From an uncultured archaeon (GTDB lineage: Archaea > Aenigmatarchaeota > Aenigmatarchaeia > CAZXUR01), in NCBI GenBank assembly GCA_964644245.1, contig CAZXUR010000002.1, positions 74,555 to 138,554 of the forward strand: a stretch of 64,000 nucleotides of DNA, given 5' to 3'. Shown in pieces: positions 19,116 to 28,112 of this stretch. Numbering within the stretch: position 1 is the stretch's first letter; each line of letters opens with the position of its first letter. The position numbers were made by a program, and so were the translations under genes. The notes under the pieces are model-generated. The model saw only the letters and a list, made by a program, of their open reading frames with translations. It was not told the DNA's origin and ran no database searches.

Positions 19116-20210
19116 TCATCCCTCCAACATGAACTTGTCTACCTGTTTCTTTGCTTTTTTTCTCTTCTTCTGATGTTTCTTCAGGAACCTTTTCAAGTGC
19201 TTAACACACTCCTTCTTGCAGTCACCGCATATTCTCTTTCCCGATTTGCATTCCTTTTCTATCTTCTCCAGCTTCTTGTCGTCGTCTGTGAGCAGTGAGA
19301 AATACTGGAAAACTGAGCATTTTTCCGGCTCTCCTCCTTTCTCCCTCTGTTCCTCGGCGCTCTTCCTACCTCCGGTTATGGCTGACATCAATTTCTTCTC
19401 CGCGTCCTTCGGCTTGTCGGTGAGGAATATGCATGTCTCTGGTTTGGACGTGGACATCTTTCCTCCGGAAAGACCGAGCATGAATCTGTGGTATGTAGAG
19501 GAGGGTTTCACGAACCCTACCTTGGCAGATATGTCCCTGGACAGGCGAATGTACGGGTCCTGGTCTATGCCTATAGGCACTACAACTGGTTTGGGTCCAC
19601 CGAACTCCTTGGTCTGGGGGAGTAGGATGTGAGCGCTTTGCATCACCCCGTAGAATATGGCTCCGGGATTGGTCTGGTTGTTAAAGCCGAATATAGCCTT
19701 GACGGAAGAGAAGGTAGTTTTGGTAGACAATCTGGTGGCTAGTTCATAGACGGACGGTGTTTTGGTAGAAATGAATATGTTGGTCTTGCTCTTCTTGAAG
19801 CCTAGTGCGATTATGTCTGGTATCAGGCTTTTGGCGTTTGCGTTCGCTTCTTCGAGCGTGTCTACTTTTCCGAAGAAATAGCTCTCGTCATTTGATACGG
19901 GGATGAAAACCTCCGCACCCTTCTTCTGGAAGAACCGTGCCTGGTCCAGAAACATCTTGTGACCGAAGTGTATGGGTCCTGAGGGATTCACACCCGTGAC
20001 CACCGCGAATTCCTTGTCCTTCCTGATGGCCTTTGTTATTCGTCCAAAGTCCCGCTGTCCGAATACGTAACCACGCCTGTATATTTTGTCCAGGGGCTCA
20101 ATCTTCTTCAGATATCTCTGTATAGACTTGACACCGAACTTTTTAGAGAGCTTTTTGTAGTCTATATCCCCTTCCACATCTGACACATTTACTTTCATTT
20201 CAACCACCAT
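19116..20210 (-). CDS. trpS: tryptophanyl-tRNA synthetase
   Basis: GVNPSGPIHFGHKMF (HIGH) and GGKMSTSKPETCIFLTD (compare the eukaryotic/archaeal TrpRS motif KMSASDPNSSIFLTD). Lys-rich C-terminal tail. Confidence 0.85.
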   Translation of the reverse strand: MVVEMKVNVSDVEGDIDYKKLSKKFGVKSIQRYLKKIEPLDKIYRRGYVFGQRDFGRITKAIRKDKEFAVVTGVNPSGPIHFGHKMFLDQARFFQKKGAEVFIPVSNDESYFFGKVDTLEEANANAKSLIPDIIALGFKKSKTNIFISTKTPSVYELATRLSTKTTFSSVKAIFGFNNQTNPGAIFYGVMQSAHILLPQTKEFGGPKPVVVPIGIDQDPYIRLSRDISAKVGFVKPSSTYHRFMLGLSGGKMSTSKPETCIFLTDKPKDAEKKLMSAITGGRKSAEEQREKGGEPEKCSVFQYFSLLTDDDKKLEKIEKECKSGKRICGDCKKECVKHLKRFLKKHQKKRKKAKKQVDKFMLEG

Positions 20211-20256
20211 TAAATCTTCCTGTAAAGCTATTTATAAGTTGAGAAAAAGTAGAATT

Positions 20257-21849
20257 ATGGCAAAGAAGAAGTCCAAGAAGAAAAAAAAGTCCAAGAGTAA
20301 GAGGAAAAGTAAGAAGAAGAAAAGCAAGAAAAAGGAGAAAATTGACCAGAAGACTCTGGACGACGTGTTGGTGAGACGTGGTTTCATCTGGCCTGCTTCT
20401 GAGATATACGGAGGGGTGGCCGGATTCTACGACTACGGACCTATAGGCGCCTTATTGAAGGATAGAATCGCTGATAAGTGGAGAGAGTACTTTGTTATAG
20501 AGGAAGGTTTTTTTGAGATAGATGCGCCCACTTTAATGCCTGAGGACGTGTTTTCAGCCTCTGGACACCTTGAAAAGTTCTCAGACCCTATGGTTGAGTG
20601 CAAGAAGTGCGGGGAGGTCTTCAGAGCTGACTTATTGGCTGAGGAGGCCACAAACAAGTCCTGCGACGGTTTAATGACCAAAGAAGTCGAGTATTTACTG
20701 GAAAGCAAGAATGTAAAGTGTCCTGAGTGTGACGGAGAACTGGGAAAGGTGTGGGACTTCAATCTGATGCTGAAAACGGACATAGGAGCGGGCAAGAGCA
20801 AGGTAACCGGCTATTTGAGGCCAGAGACTGCACAAGGTATGTTCCTGCCTTTCCGGCGTTTGTGGGACCTGGCAAGGAAGAAACTTCCCTTCGGTGTGTC
20901 TCAAATAGGAAAGGCCTACCGGAACGAAATCTCGCCCAGGAGAGGTCTAGTGAGACTAAGAGAATTTAATCAGATGGAAGTGGAAGTGTTCGTGGACTCG
21001 AAGAAGAAGAACAAGTTCTCGAAGTTCAAGCGTTTGTCTAAGGAGAAAATTAAGATATTCTCCAAGAAACAGCAGAAAAAGAAAAAAGGAAAGCCTAAGA
21101 ACAGGACGATTAAATCAGCGGTTAAGAACAAGACATTTACACAGGTCATGGGTTATTACCTGGCATTGTCGCAGAAATTCCTCTCTTCTTTGGGGATTCC
21201 GAAAAAGAAGATACGTTTCAGACAACATCTGCCCAACGAGGTTGCCCATTACTCGTCGGACTCATGGGACATAGAGGTCTACTTCCCCAACTTCGATGAC
21301 TGGGTGGAAGTCTGCCAAGTCTCCGACCGTACTGACTATGACTTATCCAGCCACGGCAAAGCCTCGCAGAAGAAAATGGAAGTATCCGTGGATGGTAAGA
21401 AGATAGTCCCGCACGTGATAGAACCCTCTTTCGGTCTGGACCGCATAGTCCTGGCCACCGTGATGTACAGTTTGGTTCAAGACAAACGAGACTGGATATG
21501 GTTCGAGTTTCCTCGAAATATCTCGCCCATGGAAGTTGCGGTTTTCCCTCTGGTGTCCAAGGACAAACTGCCTGAAAAAGCAGAGGACGTTTTTCAAACT
21601 TTGAGGGAGAAGCGCTTCTACGTCTATTACGACGACTCGGGTTCCATAGGACGTCGCTACGCAAGACAGGATGAGATAGGCACACCTGCCTGTGTGACCA
21701 TAGACCATCAGACCAAAAAAGACAAGACCGTCACCTTGCGTGACAGAGACACCAAGAAGCAAATCAGAGTCAAGATAAAGGAATTGCCTGACGTCCTCAC
21801 GAAGTTCCTGTCCGGGACCAATCTCAAGAAGCTGGGTAAAATCGTATGA
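20257..21849 (+). CDS. glyS: glycyl-tRNA synthetase (archaeal/eukaryotic type) with poly-Lys N-terminal extension
   Basis: RRGFIWPASEIYGGVAGFYDYGPIG and class II motifs. The track ORF starts at a TTG (20239); I prefer the ATG at 20257 ([28 protein letters not shown]). Confidence 0.92.
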   Translation: MAKKKSKKKKKSKSKRKSKKKKSKKKEKIDQKTLDDVLVRRGFIWPASEIYGGVAGFYDYGPIGALLKDRIADKWREYFVIEEGFFEIDAPTLMPEDVFSASGHLEKFSDPMVECKKCGEVFRADLLAEEATNKSCDGLMTKEVEYLLESKNVKCPECDGELGKVWDFNLMLKTDIGAGKSKVTGYLRPETAQGMFLPFRRLWDLARKKLPFGVSQIGKAYRNEISPRRGLVRLREFNQMEVEVFVDSKKKNKFSKFKRLSKEKIKIFSKKQQKKKKGKPKNRTIKSAVKNKTFTQVMGYYLALSQKFLSSLGIPKKKIRFRQHLPNEVAHYSSDSWDIEVYFPNFDDWVEVCQVSDRTDYDLSSHGKASQKKMEVSVDGKKIVPHVIEPSFGLDRIVLATVMYSLVQDKRDWIWFEFPRNISPMEVAVFPLVSKDKLPEKAEDVFQTLREKRFYVYYDDSGSIGRRYARQDEIGTPACVTIDHQTKKDKTVTLRDRDTKKQIRVKIKELPDVLTKFLSGTNLKKLGKIV

Positions 21850-22085
21850 ACCCCCTGGAATTTCTGAACAAAATAAAATGGGACCCCGACAAATATCTGG
21901 AGGATTACTTTCTGGTCTTGCTCCACCGGGGTGCTCCCGACGACCGGAAAAAGATATCGTGTAAAGGCGTTGACATAGGGAAGACTTTTATCTCAACCGG
22001 CAGGACAAGAATACCCGCTCACCGAATACTCGAAATCAGAGAGGGTCCGAAAGTCGTTTGGAAGAGAAAAGACGAAAAGAAATGA
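21846..22085 (+). CDS. DUF504/UPF0248 (MJ1316-like) small protein
   Basis: 79 aa. The pattern KIKWDP...RIPAHRILEI matches my memory of the DUF504 family. ATGA overlap with the glyS stop. Confidence 0.5.
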   Translation: MNPLEFLNKIKWDPDKYLEDYFLVLLHRGAPDDRKKISCKGVDIGKTFISTGRTRIPAHRILEIREGPKVVWKRKDEKK

Positions 22086-22087
22086 AA

Positions 22088-23110
22088 TCAGACGGTTTTT
22101 CCTCGTGCCTTTTCCCTGGCCTTCTCCCACTTGTTTATGACTTCTCTCTCCAGTTTTTCCAAGGAGCTTTCCAACGCTTCCACGAAGTTCCATGACCAGT
22201 CCTTCGAAACCACCACGTCCTTGGCAGTCTCCAGACGGGTCCTCACCGAATACTTGGTCCTCTTGCCCCCGGTGTCGTGCTTCTTCACGTAGACCGTCAA
22301 GCGCCTCAGCCGTTCCTTTATTCTTCCCAGTTTCTTGACCGTCTTTTCTATATCCTGGTCCACTTTGTTCCTGAATCCCGACTCTTCCTTGTCCAGGCCC
22401 ACTATCTGCACGTATACTCCCTTCTTCTGGGTCTGCTGGAGGTTCCTCAGGACTGATGTGAACGTGACTGCTCCGATGATTTTTCCGTCAGAAAGTATGA
22501 TTTGGGGTCTCTTGTCTTTTTTTAGTTTTTTCACCACTGAACTGACTGAACTTTTCTCAGTGAAAGTGGAAGGTCTGTCCATGAGTTCCTTCACCGGTAT
22601 ATCGCTCTCGCTCTTCTTCTCGCCTGCCGCGTCCCGGAAGCCCATCTTGTACTTGGGATGGACCAATTTCAGCAGAGAAAAAACATCCAGATAGCCCCTG
22701 AGTTCTTCATCGACCACCGCCACCAGCCTTTTGCCTTTCTCCACCAGGTATTTCCTGGCCTTGTCCACGCTGTCTTCAGGCTTGACAGTTTTCACGTCTT
22801 CCAGTATGTTTTTCAGTTCCATGTCAGATGGTTCCAGTCTTTCCCATCTATGCACAAGTTCGTCCTTCACCATCACCGGCAGTTCATTGTTTGCCATCAG
22901 GCTTACCACCTCGTCCTCGTCTTCCGTAGTCGGAGGCTGGAGAAGCAGTGTCCTTACCTTGGTCTTGGGAGCATCCTCGGCGCTTTTGATGATGTCTTTG
23001 GCAGTCACGACTCCCAGGAATTTCTTCTCAGAATAAACCGGCAGAGCTTCCTCTTTCTTGTTTATCATTTCCGACGCTGTTTTGGATACAGGCTCCTCTG
23101 GTTTGACCAT
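22088..23110 (-). CDS. CBS-domain protein fused to a C-terminal HPF/RaiA (S30AE)-like domain
   Basis: 340 aa. Repeated CBS patterns (FLGVVTAKDIIKS, LPVMVKDELV, RLVAVVDEELRGYLDVFSLL, IIGAVTFTSVL). Residues about 231-330 read VYVQIVGLDKEESGFRNKVDQDIEKTVKKLGRI...LTVYVKKH...KYSVRTRLE...VVVSKDWSWNFVEALESSLEKLEREVINKWEK. That follows the beta-alpha-beta-beta-beta-alpha layout and the C-terminal 'AID...KLERQL.KHKEK' style of bacterial HPF/YfiA. Confidence 0.6.
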   Translation of the reverse strand: MVKPEEPVSKTASEMINKKEEALPVYSEKKFLGVVTAKDIIKSAEDAPKTKVRTLLLQPPTTEDEDEVVSLMANNELPVMVKDELVHRWERLEPSDMELKNILEDVKTVKPEDSVDKARKYLVEKGKRLVAVVDEELRGYLDVFSLLKLVHPKYKMGFRDAAGEKKSESDIPVKELMDRPSTFTEKSSVSSVVKKLKKDKRPQIILSDGKIIGAVTFTSVLRNLQQTQKKGVYVQIVGLDKEESGFRNKVDQDIEKTVKKLGRIKERLRRLTVYVKKHDTGGKRTKYSVRTRLETAKDVVVSKDWSWNFVEALESSLEKLEREVINKWEKAREKARGKTV

Positions 23111-23140
23111 AGATAGATTTACCTTTTTGATTTAAATTGT

Positions 23141-23746
23141 TTAAGGACGGATTCTTTCGATTTTCAGATACGTTACGTCCCCTTCCTCGTCCACGATTGC
23201 CCAGAGCATGCTGGCACGTATGTTGTGGGCAAGTCTGACCGCCCTGGAGAGTTCCGGAAAGGAGCAGGAGTAGTTGGTGGGTATGGCATGAACTATCCAT
23301 TTGGTGTGTTCTCTGGTGGATTTGGGCCCTTTGACCAGTTTTACACCCCGATCGTAGACTCTGAAATGGGTCCCAAACTTGAAGCCGGTCCTCACCAGGA
23401 GTCCGCGGTTCCTCAGGTCCTTGTAGACTATGTATTTGTGTGGGAACTCCTCGTCTATCTCGCAGGCCAGTTTGTGAAATTTTTTCTTGGAAATCTTCTT
23501 ACCGCCCTTCTTGACGGTCAGTTTGCCCCTCTCCATCAGATGGAGGGCTTCTTCCAGGCACAGTTCTCCCCTGTCTTCTATGACCTTCCCATAGTTCCCG
23601 TCCTGATAGACCTTTTCCGCGTCCTTCTTTTTCCTGATTATGACCTTGTTTTCGACTATTTCGGCGGATACAGGTTTGTCTGCCTTTTTCTTGCTCTTCT
23701 TTTTGCCTTTCTTCTTTTTTGCCATGTTAGTACTTTCCCACTTCAT
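23141..23746 (-). CDS. endA: tRNA-splicing endonuclease homolog (EndA family)
   Basis: YIVYKDLRNRGLLVRTGFKFGTHFRVY...REHTKWIVHAI...SRAVRLAHNIRASML aligns with M. jannaschii LVYKDLRTRGYIVKTGLKYGADFRLY...KEHSVYLV...VRVAHSVRKKLL. Poly-Lys N-terminus (MAKKKKGKKKSKKK, ATG at 23725). Confidence 0.8.
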   Translation of the reverse strand: MKWESTNMAKKKKGKKKSKKKADKPVSAEIVENKVIIRKKKDAEKVYQDGNYGKVIEDRGELCLEEALHLMERGKLTVKKGGKKISKKKFHKLACEIDEEFPHKYIVYKDLRNRGLLVRTGFKFGTHFRVYDRGVKLVKGPKSTREHTKWIVHAIPTNYSCSFPELSRAVRLAHNIRASMLWAIVDEEGDVTYLKIERIRP

Positions 23747-23756
23747 TTAAAAAGCT

Positions 23757-24308
23757 TTACATGTCCACTCCCAGTGTGGAAAGGCTTGCATTGCAACTGT
23801 TGCAGAATGATTTTCCTTTGAGGTCTATGTCTTCCACGGATTTGACCGGATACATGATGCACCTGGGGTTCTTGCACTCCCTCAGTCCTTTAACCTGTCC
23901 CATGTAGTACAAGACCTGTTTGACCAGACGTTCCATCAGCAAATCAAAGTCAGGATTTTCCTTGTAGAATTCCGGCCTGAGTCGGTAGAGCGAGACCACT
24001 ACCGAACCGTCATACTCCGCGGCTCCGAAGTCGAATGACTTGTTCCCGGAGTATATGTCCTCTGTTATTATGCCCGTTGAATTTCCCCTGAACCGCCTGA
24101 GGATGTCCAGTATCAACTGGCTGTTGTACTGGTGCCTGTAGGGAGAGAACGATTCTTCAGGCATTTCTATGGATTTGAAAGTCTTGACAGAGAAGTTTTT
24201 CTTCTTCAACTCCGGCTGAAGTTCCTGCAAAACCTTGCTCGGAACGTCGCCTATGGGGATTATGTTTAAGCGAATCATCCAACCCAAAAATACTTGAATA
24301 AAAAACAT
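23757..24308 (-). CDS. archaemetzincin-like protein lacking the HExxHxxGxxH catalytic motif
   Basis: Overall AmzA layout (IIPIGDV..., QYNSQLILD, VVSLYRLRPEFY, CKNPRCIMY...FCNSC). The metzincin motif position reads LYYMGQVKGLRE instead of HELGHxxGLxH. Likely start is MIRLNIIP at 24278. Confidence 0.65.
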   Translation of the reverse strand: MFFIQVFLGWMIRLNIIPIGDVPSKVLQELQPELKKKNFSVKTFKSIEMPEESFSPYRHQYNSQLILDILRRFRGNSTGIITEDIYSGNKSFDFGAAEYDGSVVVSLYRLRPEFYKENPDFDLLMERLVKQVLYYMGQVKGLRECKNPRCIMYPVKSVEDIDLKGKSFCNSCNASLSTLGVDM

Positions 24309-24322
24309 TTAAAACTGAGAAA

Positions 24323-24433
24323 TGGGAAGGGTGGGATTTGAACCCACGACAACTGCCTCTTCAGGTTCGCCCTCCAAAAGGAGTGCAGCGCTGATGAGCT
24401 TCCTTGAAGTCTCCCAGGCTGAGCTACCTTCCC
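24323..24433 (-). tRNA. tRNA-Phe(GAA) with two non-canonical introns (D-arm 22/23 and anticodon stem 30/31)
   Basis: Minus-strand read: GGGAAGG-UA-GCUC-AGCCUGGGA-G[18-nt intron, 24393-24410]AGC-G-CUGC[19-nt intron, 24366-24384]C-CUGAAGA-GGCAG-UUGUC-GUGGG-UUCAAAU-CCCAC-CCUUCCC-A. The mature form is 73 nt plus discriminator. Both introns give strict BHB motifs. Confidence 0.88.
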
Positions 24434-24467
24434 TCTAGCCTTAATCAGTAAAACAATATTTAAAACT

Positions 24468-24761
24468 TTAGAAAGTGACGTACTTGGCTTCTTCGGGCAC
24501 CATGTCCTTTTCCTCTACCCTTATGATTATCCCCTTGTCAGTGAACTTTCCCAGGTTTCTGACTATCAGGCCAATCTTCTTCATGTGTTTTTTGCACATG
24601 TAAACAGTGGCCAAACTCCTCTTCTGGAGTATGCCTTTGGCCTTGAGTTCTATTATGTCCACCTGTTTGACAGGCTGGTTCTCACAGCCTTTCATGTTAC
24701 AGGCGTCCTTGTACTTCCGGACATCGAACCGTTCACTTATGGCCTTCATCTTCGAATCCAT
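24468..24761 (-). CDS. hypothetical small protein with CxxxxC...CxxH pattern
   Basis: 97 aa ORF. CNMKGC...CKKH is a possible Zn site. No family recognised. Confidence 0.4.
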   Translation of the reverse strand: MDSKMKAISERFDVRKYKDACNMKGCENQPVKQVDIIELKAKGILQKRSLATVYMCKKHMKKIGLIVRNLGKFTDKGIIIRVEEKDMVPEEAKYVTF

Positions 24762-25158
24762 ATCTTAGAATAGTTTCCAATTTTTTTAAACTTATATTCG
24801 GCCTCTTGTAGTCGAAGTCCACGAAAGGTTTGTCCACCGCCTTCTCCAACTCCTCCATGAAAACTCCCGACTCTTTCACCCTCTCCTCGACTTCTTCCCT
24901 GTGCGTCTCGTACACACCGCAGGAGGGGGATGCGGCCACACCGACTACACCATAGACTTCAAAACCGACCCTTTCAAACTTTTCCATAGATTCCTTTATT
25001 CCCGAAGCCAGTTCTCTGCAATGGCTTCTGAACTCTTGGTTGTCGTAGTCGTCCTTGGTCGCCAGGTCCCGGGGATAACCCTTCACATTGAATTCCGGAC
25101 AAGGTATCTGTTCCAGGCCTACATTCCATTTTTCCGTCAGTCTCGTAAGTTCCCACAC
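24733..25158 (-). CDS. hypothetical conserved-Cys protein
   Basis: 141 aa with a GTG start. Motifs IPCPEF and GVAASPSCGV. Family not recognised with confidence. Confidence 0.4.
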   Translation of the reverse strand: MWELTRLTEKWNVGLEQIPCPEFNVKGYPRDLATKDDYDNQEFRSHCRELASGIKESMEKFERVGFEVYGVVGVAASPSCGVYETHREEVEERVKESGVFMEELEKAVDKPFVDFDYKRPNISLKKLETILRYGFEDEGHK

Positions 25159-25256
25159 ATCCGACGTCCATCCCTTTCTGACCAGTGTGGGGGCAATGGT
25201 GTTTTAGTTGAGTAGACAATGGGCTACATACAGAATCTTCTTACTCCTGTCCATAG

Positions 25257-25329
25257 CGCCCTCGGCAAGATTCGAACTTGCGACCTTCTGGTTAACAGCC
25301 AGACGCTCTACCTACTGAGCTACAAGGGC
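25257..25329 (-). tRNA. tRNA-Asn(GUU), uninterrupted
   Basis: GCCCUUG-UA-GCUC-AGUAGGUA-GAGC-G-UCUGG-CUGUUAA-CCAGA-AGGUC-GCAAG-UUCGAAU-CUUGC-CGAGGGC-G. This is a clean cloverleaf. Confidence 0.92.
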
Positions 25330-25366
25330 TTGGAAAAGAATTGGTGAAACAGGTTTAAAAAGGTGT

Positions 25367-26509
25367 CTATTTGAACCCAGGCGCTTTTAGTTCCTTGAAT
25401 TTCTCTGGTAGATACTTCTCCACCACGAACTCGAATCCGTACTTCAACAGGGCCTGTTGTTCTGCTTTTTTCCCTATTTTCAGCCAGATTTTCAACTCGT
25501 CCTGCAGACGTTTGTCATTCTTGTACCTGGGGTCTTTCTTCAGTTCCTTGATACGCTTTATGTCCAGGTCCCTCATCTTGTCTGTCTTCAACTTATACTT
25601 CTTTATGTCTGAGGCAGTCACTCCCAGCCAAGTCGCGTCGGGCGTGGCCAGATGCTCGTTGACATGGGCGGACTTGGCAGAACCCGAAATCACCACCATG
25701 GCTATGTGAAGACCGAACGGGTCGCTGTCTGCAAACACGTAGACCGGTATTCCCATTTCTTCGTTCAAACGCTTTATCATCCTTCTTGTTGAACGTGAGG
25801 CCTGGCCTCCCAGGTTGACCAGCAGTGCATCGAACTTCTCGTTCCCGTTCTCTTCTATCAGGCGATTGTACATACCACCAGTTTCCACTGCTATCACCTT
25901 GTTGGCAGAGGTCTTCACTAGTTCTGCTTCACATGTCCTGGGTCCTATGGCCTGTCCGTCCGCAGTGTCCAGGCAGTTGACCTTCATCATCTTTCCCTTC
26001 TGGTTCTTGAACTTTATGGTCAGGTCACCGTATATGGAACCCTTGGGGTTTGGTATGACCTTTATGTCTTCCCTGGGTTTGGAAATTATAGCCTCTATAT
26101 CTTCCACTATGTCGTCGGATTTGGGCTGCTCGTCGAACTGCAACTTGTCTCCCCACGACTCGCTTATGTAGTAGAGTTCTCTTTTGGTTATGTGTCTGTT
26201 CCCATCCTTTACCAGGTCCTTGGTGAAGGCTGCTACCTTCAGCATCTGGGCCAGGCGCTTTACGTGGCGTATGTTCCCGGCTGACCTCTTGGACTTCCTG
26301 TCTCCCAACACGTAGCAGGAGAGTTTGGGGTCGTATATTATGTTGGATGTAGAACGGATCGGTATCTTGATCACTGGTACTTCCTTTTCCTTTATCTGTT
26401 TGACTACCTGTTTGCCTATCTGTTTAAGCTTCTTTACGGTGTCCTCCCTCTCCTTCTTCTTGGCCTTCTTGGTTTTCTTCTTAGATTTTTTCTTTGCCAT
26501 GTTACTCAC
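25367..26509 (-). CDS. top6A: DNA topoisomerase VI subunit A (Spo11-like)
   Basis: 380 aa. Toprim region [13 protein letters not shown]...[14 protein letters not shown]. Poly-Lys N-terminus [16 protein letters not shown]. Overlaps top6B. Confidence 0.9.
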   Translation of the reverse strand: MSNMAKKKSKKKTKKAKKKEREDTVKKLKQIGKQVVKQIKEKEVPVIKIPIRSTSNIIYDPKLSCYVLGDRKSKRSAGNIRHVKRLAQMLKVAAFTKDLVKDGNRHITKRELYYISESWGDKLQFDEQPKSDDIVEDIEAIISKPREDIKVIPNPKGSIYGDLTIKFKNQKGKMMKVNCLDTADGQAIGPRTCEAELVKTSANKVIAVETGGMYNRLIEENGNEKFDALLVNLGGQASRSTRRMIKRLNEEMGIPVYVFADSDPFGLHIAMVVISGSAKSAHVNEHLATPDATWLGVTASDIKKYKLKTDKMRDLDIKRIKELKKDPRYKNDKRLQDELKIWLKIGKKAEQQALLKYGFEFVVEKYLPEKFKELKAPGFK

Positions 26510-28112
26510 TTGCCTTCTTCTTCACGAATTTCTTGTCCATCTTACCCGTCTTTATCTTGAGCAGTTCGCTCTTCACAACTTTGTCCAGTATAGGTTTAAT
26601 ATTTACTCCCTTTTTCACTCCTGCCAGTTCCTTAGCCGACTCTTCGATGAGCGGGAAGTAGTCCTTGAACACTCCCAGTCTGTGCTTCTCTCTCTTGGCC
26701 CTCTGTTTCTTGGATATGAACAGCCTCAACTTCCTGGCACATTCCTGAAGAGCCAGTCTCATTTCCTTTACTATTTCCGGATAGGTTGCAATAGCTTCCT
26801 TGCTTTCAGATACGAAGGGTGCCCATACCGATGCCATGTGCACTACCAGTACTGCGGGCCCGTGTGGAGTGGAACCCCTTTCCTGCCCCAATCCGTACCT
26901 CTTCCAGGATGTGGAAGTGGCTGCCTTCCATATGGCGCCTGCTGACCTCTGGTAAAGGAGCGGGACTTTGTTGGCGTAGCGCATCAACTTCACTGAAGTG
27001 TCCGGGTTCAGGTCACCCCCGTAGACTATTCCTGCCTCTATCTGGAAAGGGTTACCTTTGTAGACCGAAGGGTTCCTGGTAGTGGTGGTTATGAAATCTG
27101 CGTTGAATTCTTTCTGTAATCCTTTCAGCAGATGTTCCTGGTTGACCGGTGAGAGGCAGTTGGTGGGCGGACGTTGAAGCTTCACCGTCTGCATGGCCTT
27201 CAGAAGCCTTTCTGCTTCGTCGCGCTTTATCTTCTTGGTCTTTGTCCTGGTCTTCAGGCCTGCCAGTTTGCATATTTCCTTGGCAGAAGTGGCGCCTACC
27301 CTGCAGAACTCCTTCCTGAGGAAGGCGCTCAATGTCTTGACATTGGAGTTCTTCAGCATCCTTATCAGAATTCCCAGTTCCATTCCGTAGGGGTGCGGCT
27401 TTATCTCTTTTGACCTTGCTGGCAGTTCCTTGACCGTTCTTTTGTAGTGATACTTCTTGCCATTTGGTGATTTGTACTTGATGTCGGCGTAGGGGTTTAC
27501 TATGGCAGTCTGTTTCATGTAGTCGTCCACTGATTGTGTACGTCTGTACTTGCCCTTAACGAACAGTGTTATGCGTGTCCCGTGGTCTTTCAGTTTGTTC
27601 TTAGTTACTTTCTCCTTGTCGATGAGCGCTTCGTTTTCCTTGACGTCTATGTGTATGTGAAATACGTGGGTGGGCTTGCCCTTCCCGGTCTTGGATTCGA
27701 TTATGGCGTCCTTTCCGGTGGTGTTGTGGGCGTAGAGGACTGCCGCGGATATTCCTATGCCCTGCTGTCCCCGAGCCTGTCTCCCCCTTCCGAACCTGCT
27801 TCCGTACAACAGCTTACCAAACACGTTGGGTATCTCCTTCTTCATTATTCCGGGTCCGTTGTCTTCCACTACAATTTTGTAACTATCCTCGCCCTCTTCG
27901 GTTATTTCCACATTTATGTCAGGTAGTATTCCCGCGTCTTCACAGGCGTCCAACGAGTTATCCACTGCCTCTTTCACCACCATCAGAAGTGCCTTGGTCG
28001 GGTTGTCAAAACCCAGAAGATGCTTGTTCTTCTCGAAGAACTCGCTGACTGAGATGTACCTCTGTTCTTTAGCCATGTCAGCGGCGGTCTTATTCCTACC
28101 TTTACTTTTCAC
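26502..28112 (-). CDS. top6B: DNA topoisomerase VI subunit B
   Basis: 536 aa. GHKL ATPase motifs ([25 protein letters not shown]). Confidence 0.92.
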   Translation of the reverse strand: MKSKGRNKTAADMAKEQRYISVSEFFEKNKHLLGFDNPTKALLMVVKEAVDNSLDACEDAGILPDINVEITEEGEDSYKIVVEDNGPGIMKKEIPNVFGKLLYGSRFGRGRQARGQQGIGISAAVLYAHNTTGKDAIIESKTGKGKPTHVFHIHIDVKENEALIDKEKVTKNKLKDHGTRITLFVKGKYRRTQSVDDYMKQTAIVNPYADIKYKSPNGKKYHYKRTVKELPARSKEIKPHPYGMELGILIRMLKNSNVKTLSAFLRKEFCRVGATSAKEICKLAGLKTRTKTKKIKRDEAERLLKAMQTVKLQRPPTNCLSPVNQEHLLKGLQKEFNADFITTTTRNPSVYKGNPFQIEAGIVYGGDLNPDTSVKLMRYANKVPLLYQRSAGAIWKAATSTSWKRYGLGQERGSTPHGPAVLVVHMASVWAPFVSESKEAIATYPEIVKEMRLALQECARKLRLFISKKQRAKREKHRLGVFKDYFPLIEESAKELAGVKKGVNIKPILDKVVKSELLKIKTGKMDKKFVKKKASE

